32,000 nucleotides of DNA, taken from positions 120,001 through 152,000 of the forward strand of contig NZ_CP047960.1 of assembly GCF_014280195.1 (NCBI RefSeq), read 5' to 3'. Source of the DNA: Synechococcus sp. A15-24 (lineage in GTDB: Bacteria > Cyanobacteriota > Cyanobacteriia > PCC-6307 > Cyanobiaceae). A program made the translations under genes and the position numbers. The notes under the pieces are model-generated. The model was not told the origin of the DNA, searched no databases, and saw only the letters and a program-made list of their open reading frames with translations. This document shows, one piece after another, positions 1-8,158 of this stretch; positions within the stretch are counted from its first letter, which is position 1; every line of letters starts with the position of its first letter.

Positions 1-138
1 TTGGTTGCGAATAACCCGATAGTACAACAACGCGTTAATGGTTCGTTTGTACTGCTCTATGGCATGTGGGGTTGGGCGACTTTTGAAATAGTTTTCTTTA
101 ATAAAGTCGGGGCAATGACTACAGCGGTAAATTGCTAA
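1..138 (+). CDS. 3' end of an upstream CDS of unknown function (partial, runs off the window start)
   Basis: Frame +1 is open from nt 1 to TAA at 136-138 (...LLYGMWGWATFEIVFFNKVGAMTTAVNC*). The tail is hydrophobic. 45 aa is too short to assign a family. An AT-rich spacer follows. Confidence 0.3.
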   Translation: MVANNPIVQQRVNGSFVLLYGMWGWATFEIVFFNKVGAMTTAVNC

Positions 139-169
139 TTTCAACGATAACTTATAAAGTTAAGGTTTC

Positions 170-199
170 TTGACTATATGTTTTGCTTTGGGTTATACT
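170..199 (+). promoter_or_regulatory. Candidate sigma70-type promoter for the repeat-protein gene
   Basis: TTGACT (170-175), 18-nt spacer, TATACT (194-199), in the AT-rich spacer after the upstream stop. It would give a leader of about 240 nt before ATG 445. Confidence 0.3.
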
Positions 200-444
200 G
201 AAGAGTTAATGTCAGGCAATTCAAAGGCTGTGGCTGACGAGATTTTCGCGCTCCTGACGTGCCTGGACAATCGAGTCTGCTGCCCCCCGTTGGTCAGCTC
301 CCTGGACTGGCCCTCAGTTGATTGACGAACCGGACTCTTGCCTATATCTTCCTGATGTGACCTTGTGTCCGTGTCTCCAAGCCGTAGAGGCTTGAGACTT
401 GTTCACCAAGCCTCTTCCGGCCCCACGGCTCAACTCTCTCTTCC

Positions 445-3400
445 ATGGCCTTTAACAGCACCATCACAGGATCGAGCACTGGGGATACCCTGCTCGGAAC
501 CGATTCAGACCAGTACATCGCTGGCGGATCTTCCGCCGATAGTATTTCTGTATCAATTGGATACACAGGCGTTTCAGTTCAAGCTGCTGCCGGAGACGAC
601 ACCATCCGTGCTCTCGGAGCTACCTCCACACTCAAAGGTGGCAGCGGTGCTGACAGCATCTACCTGACATCAGCGCTCGACAGTTCCAATATTGCGTCTA
701 ACACTGGTAACGACTCGATTCAGCTATTCGCTACCGCTTCCAGTTCCAAAATTTGGCTGGGCTCTGGTGCTGACTCCCTCCGCGTCGCAGCCAAAGGAAC
801 TGATCTCACGATCAAGGCAGGTACTGAGGCAGATACCATTTCATTTGCCCTAGATCAAACTTCCATCTATCTGGACGGAGAAGCAGGGGACGACATTGTT
901 CACTTCGCTGAAGGCCTGACTACTGGAACCCTTTTGGGCGGCAGTGGAGCCGACAGTCTTTATCTGGATGATCCGTCCACAAACGTCAGCTTGGGCGGTG
1001 GTGATGACGATGAAGCCGATACTTTCCATCTTGCTGACACAGCCACTTCTGTCAGCATTTCTGCGGGCAGTGGCGCCGATAGCATTTTGCTTGCAGGTGG
1101 CGTCGCAGGATCTGGTCAGGTTTTAACCGGCGCTGGCAACGATACGGTTCAGGTCACAGGCACCCTGATCTCTACTTCGCTCACTGGAAATGATGGCGAT
1201 GATTTCGTCAGCATCAGCGGAAAGGCGAATTCCAGCACCCTGAAAGGTAATTCAGGTGCTGACACCATCATTATCAGCAGTGGTGGTACCGCCACGAACA
1301 TTGCCACCAACATTGGCGATGACTCGATCTCTATTGGCTCCAAGCTGACCGGGTCCAAGATCTGGGGCGGAAGCGGCTCCGACACCATCACCATTGCAAC
1401 ACTGAGTTCTGGTGTTGTTGGTGGTCAGCAAGGCGCCGACCTTGTTGTTGCTTCAAAAATTGTTTCTTCAAATGTTCAGCTCGCTGTTTCGGATGAAGGC
1501 AGTTCACTCAAAGACACTCTTTCCGTTTCTGGATTAGTTAGTAATTCCACCATTCTTTCCAGCGATGGTGACGATTCTATTAGTCTTGGAACCCTTGCCG
1601 GTGGTACCACCACCCTTCTCGATGGAGGAGATACTCTGATTGTTGGCAGCAGCCTTGGTGGCGTTATCAACATGGGTGACGGTGCTGATTTGGTTAGTGC
1701 GGCAGGTTCCGTCAGTGCTGGCACATTGATGGGCGGTAGCGGAGCTGACAGTTTCACCTTGGGTGGCGCAGCCGCAACTTCAAGTGTTGTTGGTGGTTTT
1801 GGTGCTGACACCATCCAAATTGATGGTTCTGTTAAGTCAGCGACTATCCGTGGCGGTGATGCTGCAACACCAGGTAGTGAGCTTGATGGAAACGACACAA
1901 TCACTATTAGTGGTTCCGTTTCTGCTTCCAAGATCATCACTAACGTTGGTGCCGATTCTCTGGTAATCAACTCAGCGGCTATTAATTCCACAATGTTTGG
2001 TGGAAGCGGAGATGACTCCATCAGTATCGGTTCCAACCTTTCGAAAGGTGTCCTTTACGGAAATGCCGGCGCTGACTCTCTGCTAGTCAACACCAGCTTG
2101 GCTGGTGGTGCCTCCATCATCGGTGGTTCTGCTTCTGATGATGAGGATGCAGATTCGATCTCTGTCGGCAGTATCAATTCAGGATTTATTGCTGGCGAAG
2201 GTTCCAACGACACGATTGTTGTTAACGCAGCCGCTAAGAGTGCAACCATTAAAGGTGGTAGCGGAGCTGATTCCCTTACCCTGAATGGTGCTAACACTGC
2301 CGGCAAGATTTACGGAAACGCTGGCGACGACTCCTTTAGCATCGTTGGAGTAGTAACGAGCTCCACGGTCTCTGGTGGTGACGACGACGATTCCATTGTC
2401 TTCGACAGCGCCCTTACAAAGTCCAATGTGGGCGGTGATGATGGCGATGACTTGATGTCTGTCGCTGGAACTATCACTGCAAGTTCGCTGTACGGCGGCT
2501 CCGGTGATGACAGCTTCACTTTGGGTGCGATTACTGCTGGTACTTCTGTCCTTGGTGAGGCTGGCGCAGATTCGTTCTCCATCGTCAGTGCGCTGACTTC
2601 CTCTGTTGTTGGTGGCAGCGGTAATGATTCCATCATTATTGGTGGATCTGCCTACAAGTCCTTCCTTGATTCAGGAGATGACAAGGACTTGATCAGCTTT
2701 GGCGGAACATTCACCAGTTCAACAATTTCTGCAGGTTCCGGTAACGACACCATCTCCATCGCTGCTGGTGCAGGCGGCAAGGTCACGATTAATGCTGGCG
2801 CTGGCAACGACAGCCTCGTGATCGCAAGTGGTATTTCTGGTTCGACCATCCAAGGCGCTGGCGGCAACGATCACTTCAGCATTAGTGGTGGTGTTACATC
2901 TGACAGCTTGATGGGTGGCGCTGGTAACGACAGCTTCAACTTCACCGGCTCGCAGATTTCTGCTTCCACTATCAACGTTGGTCTTGGTAAAGACTCAATC
3001 CTTGGCAGTGGTTTAGGTGACAGCTTCACCCTCACCGCTACCTCTCTGAGCGGATCAACTCAGACTGCAATTTCTTTATCGGCAACAACCTTAATAGGCG
3101 GTGCTGGGGCAGATTACATTAACGTTGCCCAGATCATTACTGCTGGTCTATTCAGTGGTGATGCTGGAGCTGACTCGATCTACTTCGCTAAGTCTGTTGT
3201 TAACACAACAGTGAGTGGCTCAAATGCTTCTGATACAGTCAGCTTGAGCGGTGCTGCAGATGATTTGGTCTTAGCGACCTTCACATCAGGCAATGTCTTC
3301 TCTGCTAGCGGTGCAGATACCATCCGCTTCAAGGGAACGGCCACCGGCGGCACAGTTGACCTTGGTGTTGGGAGTGACAGCGTTTCCATCGGTGGGGTCC

Positions 3401-4899
3401 TCAACTCGACTCAAATCAGCACGGATGCAGGCGAAGATTCGATCCACTTCGCTAGCGGTGGTACAAGCGTTTCAATCTTCGCTGGCTCCGGTAACGACGT
3501 CATAACGTTCGGTTCCGACGCAATTAGCAGCTCTGATTCCTTGCTCGGTGGTGTTGGTAACGACTCCTTCGACTTCGACAACAACGTCACCGTTTCCACC
3601 ATGCAGGGTGGTTCGGGTAATGACACCTTCGTGTTTGCTCAAACCGTTACAGGCGCGTATGTCTCAGGTGATGCTGATAAGGATTCCATCGTCTTCACCG
3701 AAGTCGTTAACGGTGGCACTTCAGTTATGGGTGGTGCTGGTAAGGACACCATCAGCTTTGCTAACGGCGCTACCAGCATCTCGATTGCTGGTGGAAGCGG
3801 TGCAGATAAGTTGACCTTCTCTGGAGCAGCTGTTGCTGGTTCCACGGTTGACCTTGGTTCCGATTCTGATGTCTTCACCCTTTCCGTTGGTGCGAGCGGT
3901 ACCACGATCATGGGTGGTGCCAACAACGACACTCTGGTGTTTAGCGGTGACCTGACAGCAAGCAGCGTGCTTGGTGGTGATGGAAATGACTCCATCTCGA
4001 TTTCTTCTGAAGTCACTTCCGGCAACTCCATCGCCGGTGGATCTGGTGCTGACACGATCTTGTTCAGCGCTGGTGTAAGTCAGGCTGCTGTCTCTGGTGA
4101 TGCTGGAGCTGACAGCATCTCGTTTGGTGGCATTGTTTCCAACACCACAGTGGTTGGTGCCTCTGATGCAGACACCATCATCTTCAGCTCTAACGCTGAC
4201 CTCGTCTCTTACGACGGCGGTTTCGGTACAGGATCTATCGTCGGCGGCTCTGGTGCTGACACACTCGTCTTCATCAACGCAGGTGATCTGAGCGGTGGCA
4301 CTATCCGAGGTGGTGCAGGCGCTGATTCCTTAGTCTTTGCTGGCAACCTTGTCTCTGGTGTGTTCGGTGGTGATGCAGGTAACGACTTCTTCACGGGATC
4401 GATCTCCGTGGGTACCAGTGGCGTCAGCTTCTGGGGTGGAACAGGAAATGATTCCTTCAACTTCACTGATCTAACAGCCGGTACCTCCTCTACTGCCTAC
4501 TTCTGGAATGAGGCTGGTACCGATTCTGTCCATTTTGCTGACGGAATCAGCTTCGGTTACGACAACTTGGGAGCGAGTCAGCATGGTGGCATTGTATTCG
4601 GTATCGATACTGATGCTGCTAACAACATCAGTTTCGGCTCAGGTCAAGGTACTGCCCTCTTTGGAACTGCCGATGGTTCCTCTGGCTTCTTTATTGGAGC
4701 CAGCGGCAACACACTGGTCAGCTACGGCTTTGGCACTGCAACAGGGGTTACGATCGTCTTTGCCGGTGGCGCTCAAGCGACCCTTGCAGGTGGTGATTTC
4801 TCTTCTGCAAGTGCGACTGGTATCTTCTCCAACGCTTCTGGTGCTGGAGCTGGTACGGGTAACTTCGGTTCTGCTACTGCAATTCCGACCTTCAGCTGA
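445..4899 (+). CDS. Giant secreted RTX-like / beta-roll repeat protein; probable T1SS substrate and cell-surface (S-layer/SwmA-like) glycoprotein
   Basis: Single uninterrupted 1484-codon ORF. The product is Gly/Ser/Ala/Thr/Asp-rich, with no Cys and only 3 Pro seen. About 65 tandem degenerate units each carry G-x-G-[AND]-D-[ST]-[ILFV] (GGSGADSIYL, GNAGDDSFSI, GSGNDTISI ...), resembling hemolysin-type Ca-binding turns. The non-repeat Gly/Phe-rich C-terminal 117 aa fits an uncleaved T1SS signal. No N-terminal signal peptide. A dedicated terminator follows. ABC/HlyD genes lie 8 kb downstream. Confidence 0.93.
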   Translation: MAFNSTITGSSTGDTLLGTDSDQYIAGGSSADSISVSIGYTGVSVQAAAGDDTIRALGATSTLKGGSGADSIYLTSALDSSNIASNTGNDSIQLFATASSSKIWLGSGADSLRVAAKGTDLTIKAGTEADTISFALDQTSIYLDGEAGDDIVHFAEGLTTGTLLGGSGADSLYLDDPSTNVSLGGGDDDEADTFHLADTATSVSISAGSGADSILLAGGVAGSGQVLTGAGNDTVQVTGTLISTSLTGNDGDDFVSISGKANSSTLKGNSGADTIIISSGGTATNIATNIGDDSISIGSKLTGSKIWGGSGSDTITIATLSSGVVGGQQGADLVVASKIVSSNVQLAVSDEGSSLKDTLSVSGLVSNSTILSSDGDDSISLGTLAGGTTTLLDGGDTLIVGSSLGGVINMGDGADLVSAAGSVSAGTLMGGSGADSFTLGGAAATSSVVGGFGADTIQIDGSVKSATIRGGDAATPGSELDGNDTITISGSVSASKIITNVGADSLVINSAAINSTMFGGSGDDSISIGSNLSKGVLYGNAGADSLLVNTSLAGGASIIGGSASDDEDADSISVGSINSGFIAGEGSNDTIVVNAAAKSATIKGGSGADSLTLNGANTAGKIYGNAGDDSFSIVGVVTSSTVSGGDDDDSIVFDSALTKSNVGGDDGDDLMSVAGTITASSLYGGSGDDSFTLGAITAGTSVLGEAGADSFSIVSALTSSVVGGSGNDSIIIGGSAYKSFLDSGDDKDLISFGGTFTSSTISAGSGNDTISIAAGAGGKVTINAGAGNDSLVIASGISGSTIQGAGGNDHFSISGGVTSDSLMGGAGNDSFNFTGSQISASTINVGLGKDSILGSGLGDSFTLTATSLSGSTQTAISLSATTLIGGAGADYINVAQIITAGLFSGDAGADSIYFAKSVVNTTVSGSNASDTVSLSGAADDLVLATFTSGNVFSASGADTIRFKGTATGGTVDLGVGSDSVSIGGVLNSTQISTDAGEDSIHFASGGTSVSIFAGSGNDVITFGSDAISSSDSLLGGVGNDSFDFDNNVTVSTMQGGSGNDTFVFAQTVTGAYVSGDADKDSIVFTEVVNGGTSVMGGAGKDTISFANGATSISIAGGSGADKLTFSGAAVAGSTVDLGSDSDVFTLSVGASGTTIMGGANNDTLVFSGDLTASSVLGGDGNDSISISSEVTSGNSIAGGSGADTILFSAGVSQAAVSGDAGADSISFGGIVSNTTVVGASDADTIIFSSNADLVSYDGGFGTGSIVGGSGADTLVFINAGDLSGGTIRGGAGADSLVFAGNLVSGVFGGDAGNDFFTGSISVGTSGVSFWGGTGNDSFNFTDLTAGTSSTAYFWNEAGTDSVHFADGISFGYDNLGASQHGGIVFGIDTDAANNISFGSGQGTALFGTADGSSGFFIGASGNTLVSYGFGTATGVTIVFAGGAQATLAGGDFSSASATGIFSNASGAGAGTGNFGSATAIPTFS
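478..4545 (+). repeat. In-frame tandem array of about 65 degenerate ~57-63-nt (19-21-aa) coding repeats
   Basis: Hand parsing of the translation from GDTLLG (aa 13) to GTDSVHFADG (aa 1367). One G-x-D-[ST]-hydrophobic core recurs every ~20 aa, with a few longer units. The units are diverged at the DNA level. Confidence 0.85.
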
Positions 4900-4920
4900 T
4901 CACTTATCGATTCGTTCTCA

Positions 4921-4946
4921 CCTCCCCTTCGGGGGAGGTTTTTTTT
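4921..4946 (+). terminator. Rho-independent terminator after the repeat-protein gene
   Basis: CCTCCCC (4921-4927) / TTCG loop / GGGGAGG (4932-4938), followed by T8 (4939-4946), 22 nt after the TGA at 4897-4899. Confidence 0.8.
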
Positions 4947-4971
4947 GTTTTGCGATATTTTGTATTGCAGC

Positions 4972-6963
4972 ATGGCCAATTTCATTCAACTTTCGAACTG
5001 GGTCACCTCCTTCTATAAAGGCGACCGTCTCTCTTCTGAAACGCAGCTCCAGGCTGCGGCTTACCTCAATTCTGAGCTTGATATCTCCTCAGAGTTGGCT
5101 GTGATCAGGCGTTCTCAAGGGCGTGACAATTCCACCTCTCCTCTTAGTTCTCCTCATTACGCTTCAGGTTCTCTTACGTTGGTCGGATCTCAATCGCTTT
5201 ACCAGCAAAGGGGAATTAGCAAAAATAGTCGTTACGAATTAGTTTTGCAGTTTCCAGAAATTGTCGATGCGATACTTCTTTATGGGCTTATAGATGTTCT
5301 TTCTTATGACACAATATGGCATGATCAAAAGTCATCGTTTTATCGTTTGGGTGAGTTGCTCGACCGTCAATTTAATGATCGACCAGATATCGTTCTTCAA
5401 TTGGTTCAGAATAAGAATGCCTTTTCGATTTTAAAAACTTTGCCATACCAAAGGATTGAATCCTCGGCCTATTATCGGAATACAGCTTGCTCTATCTATT
5501 TCTTGCATAGTCTATGGGCAAAGGGGTGTTTTGAATTAATTGTTCGCAATTATGCTAGTTATGCCTTTAATCGTCGTAGTTTTCCAAAAAGTGACTTTAT
5601 GCTTCGTTGCTTCACAAATTTAGGGCTTGACAGTCGAGTTAGTGCTTTATTTCGTGATGTTTATCATCGTTACCATAAAGAGCTACAGCTTCAGTCAATC
5701 AGTAACATGCTTTTTGTTGAGCACGGAATGGAAAAATTAGACCAGCATCGTATCTCAATTCTTGTAAAGGACTATCATAATTTGTCGCGGTTGGAAATTG
5801 CAGACCATGCTGATGTTGATCCGCCGAGTAAAATTCAGAACGCCAATCGTATGATTTCAATTCACGAGAAAAAGACGATAGCGGTTGTCTCGGCAGATCT
5901 CCGTAATCATCCTGTTGGTAGATTCTGGCTGCCAATTGTTAGTGCACTTTATCGTGATTATAATATTGTTTACGTAGCTCTTAATTCAGACCCCAACGTT
6001 GTCGATCAAACGCGTTCTCGTCTTAAATCATTGTCGACGCAGTGGTGTGATTTGTATTCCGGTGAGAATCCGTTACCGGTCCTTCGTTCGCTGGCGCCGG
6101 ATGTCCTGATTGATTTAGGTGGTCATACTGCTGACAATCAACCTGGCCTCCTGAATTTTCGTATTGCCCCTTTGCAGATCACATATCTTGGTTTTTATGG
6201 ACCCAGCTATGGCAATGAATGCGACTGGTGGGTGCTTGACCGTGAAATTGCTAGCCGTGTCGGGTCGTCCTATCACGGAGCTGAATCAATCTGGGCTTTG
6301 CCCTGTCCAAGTCTCTGTTTCGATCCTGATGTCCATGGTGTTCCTTCACCGGATAAAATTTACTACACGAATTCGTCTTCTCCTGTTTTTGGGTCATTTA
6401 ATCATACGCGTAAGTTGACGCAACAGTGTCTATCTAGATTTCATTCCGTTTTAGGTGAGTTCCCCGATTCAAAACTTCTTTTTCGTGCGCATTCCTTTTT
6501 TGATCCGCAGATTCGTCGTTGGTTTTTGTCTAAACTTGTTCAGTCTGGTGTAGCGCCTTATAAATTGTTAGCAATACCCTACGCACCTACTCCTTTTGAA
6601 GGATACTGCGATTACGGGAGAATTCACGTACATTTTGATACCTTCCCTGTTTGTGGTACTACAACAACTCTTGATTCTTTAGCAATGGGCATTCCGGTTT
6701 TAACGTCTCCGAACCATCTGTACGCAGGTGCCATCTCGTCTGCAATCATTGAACATGCCGGTTTTACTGAGTGGATTGCTGAACATCCCGATGAACTTCC
6801 CCAGAAGGCTTCTGAACTTTTTGAGCGGTATCGAACAGCTGACTCGCGGCGAGCCTTAGCTAATCACATTCGTTCATCTTCCTTGTGTGACACCTTAAAT
6901 ACACCTCGAATCTTCTCCGAACAACTCATAGAAATGATGAAATGTTCAAACCTTAGAAGATAG
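4972..6963 (+). CDS. GT41-family glycosyltransferase (OGT/SPINDLY/HMW1C-like) without recognisable TPRs
   Basis: The track's TTG start at 4945 lies in the terminator T-tract, so the first ATG at 4972 (MANFIQ...) is preferred. The C-terminal ~340 aa aligns by eye with the catalytic half of ORF 8155-10467: DLGGHTADNQP/DLAGHTAGNRL, APLQITYLGFYG/APIQATYLGYYG, FGSFNHTRKLT/LGSFNQSRKIT, DTFPVCGTTTTLDSLAMGIPVLT/DTFPYTGCTTTADALWMGVPVLT. The N-terminal ~320 aa shows no TPR periodicity. Confidence 0.8.
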   Translation: MANFIQLSNWVTSFYKGDRLSSETQLQAAAYLNSELDISSELAVIRRSQGRDNSTSPLSSPHYASGSLTLVGSQSLYQQRGISKNSRYELVLQFPEIVDAILLYGLIDVLSYDTIWHDQKSSFYRLGELLDRQFNDRPDIVLQLVQNKNAFSILKTLPYQRIESSAYYRNTACSIYFLHSLWAKGCFELIVRNYASYAFNRRSFPKSDFMLRCFTNLGLDSRVSALFRDVYHRYHKELQLQSISNMLFVEHGMEKLDQHRISILVKDYHNLSRLEIADHADVDPPSKIQNANRMISIHEKKTIAVVSADLRNHPVGRFWLPIVSALYRDYNIVYVALNSDPNVVDQTRSRLKSLSTQWCDLYSGENPLPVLRSLAPDVLIDLGGHTADNQPGLLNFRIAPLQITYLGFYGPSYGNECDWWVLDREIASRVGSSYHGAESIWALPCPSLCFDPDVHGVPSPDKIYYTNSSSPVFGSFNHTRKLTQQCLSRFHSVLGEFPDSKLLFRAHSFFDPQIRRWFLSKLVQSGVAPYKLLAIPYAPTPFEGYCDYGRIHVHFDTFPVCGTTTTLDSLAMGIPVLTSPNHLYAGAISSAIIEHAGFTEWIAEHPDELPQKASELFERYRTADSRRALANHIRSSSLCDTLNTPRIFSEQLIEMMKCSNLRR

Positions 6964-8158
6964 CTGCAAGTGGCTTGAGTAGCTCCTCAAGTTTGTCAAT
7001 TGTGTTGCTCAACGCATAATGTTTTTGAATATATTCCTTTGAATTTTTACCCCATGCCCGAAGTTTTTTCGGCTGTTTCAGGAGTTTATGAATGGCCTCT
7101 CCAAGGCCTTTTTCATCCCCTTGATAAAGGGCTCCGGTGATTCCGGGTTTGATCAATTCTTTGATCATTGCATTGTTATTTCCGATCACGGGTGTTCCAC
7201 ATGCCATGATTTCGATCAGGCTCCAGCTCAGCACGAACGCGCTCGAAAGGTAGACATGTAAGTCACTTCTCAAATACAACTTGATCAGCTGTTCATGGGG
7301 TATTCGAGGGAAGAAATGTATACGTGTCAGATCTATTTGTCCTTCAAGCTCATGCAATAAGATGTCTTTCCAGCTTCTCCCATCATCTGATGCACTAGAA
7401 TAACTGACTCCATCACCTCCAACAATGACGATGTGCACTCTTTTATTCAAGGCTTGTAGCCTAACTAAAGATCTCATGAACGTAGGGAAACCACGCATCG
7501 GCTCAAGATTTCTGCTGATGTAGGTCACAACAGGTGTATCTTCACCCAACGTTAATTCTGGTGTAAGTGTTAAGCGATTGATTCTTTGATTCTGAAACAT
7601 TGTCTCTTCTACTCCCTCATGTAATACGTTTATCTTATTCTGAAGTCTTTTGGGAAAACTATCGGCTTGAAATTGTGTTGGTAACATCGCGGTTTGCGCT
7701 TGGCTTAAAGACAATTCAACTAAACTATTTTTGTTTTGAAGATAATGCCATTGCTGTAGGGTCATTGATGCATCTGTTTGTCCTAATTGTGTAGGTCTAA
7801 GCCATAGTTCTGGCCAGAGAACTAGAGCACTGCTTGGATATATTCTTTTTAATAGTAAGGTCTCACCCCATCCTGGATGCCCCAAAATGATATCGGGAGC
7901 CCAGTCTTTCCCCTTGAGTAGATTAGCTTGTTCTGCAGCTAGCTCACTTCGATGAATCCATTCGTCGACTTCCTTTGTTAGTTGATGAATCCCGGAACAT
8001 TCCTTTTGTTTATACTCGTATCTATACGTTTCAATCTTGTCATAAATGGGTTTTCCGTGGCTGCAAATCGCTTTTACTTCGTGGCCTCTGTCCACCAGAG
8101 CTGGTGCAATATCACGAAATTGGCCTGGGAAATTTTGGTGTATACAGAGTATTTTCAC
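6953..8158 (-). CDS. GT4-family (Glycos_transf_1) glycosyltransferase
   Basis: 401-aa ORF. N-terminus MKILCIHQNFPGQF...; C-terminal block HVYLSSAFVLSWSLIEIMACGTPVIG...GITG is typical of the GT4 E-x7-E region. Its start overlaps the upstream stop by 4 nt (8155-8158). Confidence 0.85.
   Translation of the reverse strand: MKILCIHQNFPGQFRDIAPALVDRGHEVKAICSHGKPIYDKIETYRYEYKQKECSGIHQLTKEVDEWIHRSELAAEQANLLKGKDWAPDIILGHPGWGETLLLKRIYPSSALVLWPELWLRPTQLGQTDASMTLQQWHYLQNKNSLVELSLSQAQTAMLPTQFQADSFPKRLQNKINVLHEGVEETMFQNQRINRLTLTPELTLGEDTPVVTYISRNLEPMRGFPTFMRSLVRLQALNKRVHIVIVGGDGVSYSSASDDGRSWKDILLHELEGQIDLTRIHFFPRIPHEQLIKLYLRSDLHVYLSSAFVLSWSLIEIMACGTPVIGNNNAMIKELIKPGITGALYQGDEKGLGEAIHKLLKQPKKLRAWGKNSKEYIQKHYALSNTIDKLEELLKPLAAIF

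Noticed and set aside
356-371. Possible CRP/cAMP-receptor site (TGTGA-N6-...) in the leader, tempting given the cNMP-binding exporter
   Set aside because: Only the left half-site TGTGA (356-360) matches. The right half reads GTCCG instead of TCACA, so the claim is not supportable.
342-667. ORFs 365-667 (+) and 342-566 (-) spanning the leader and the 5' end of the repeat gene
   Set aside because: They overlap the far longer, compositionally coherent 445-4899 frame. Their products are low-complexity with no motifs. They are most likely chance ORFs in GC-richer DNA.
445-4899. The ~60-nt periodicity could suggest a CRISPR array or satellite DNA
   Set aside because: The units are degenerate, there is no spacer/repeat alternation, and everything lies in one 1484-codon open frame with protein-level conservation. 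These are coding repeats.
445-4899. Classification as an RTX cytolysin/toxin
   Set aside because: There is no hydrophobic pore-forming domain and no HlyC-type acyltransferase gene nearby. The surrounding genes are glycosyltransferases. A structural surface protein fits better.
4945-4971. TTG 4945 as the start of the GT41-like gene
   Set aside because: The codon lies inside the terminator U-tract of the upstream gene. The in-frame ATG at 4972 is the more plausible start.
944-5104. Many alternative-frame and antisense ORFs inside the repeat gene (for example 1476-2036 -, 2310-2636 -, 3639-4055 -, 4508-5104 +)
   Set aside because: These stop-poor shadow frames are produced by the repetitive GNN/NNC codon composition. 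Their products are Pro/Ser/Leu low-complexity, and they have no independent start or terminator context.
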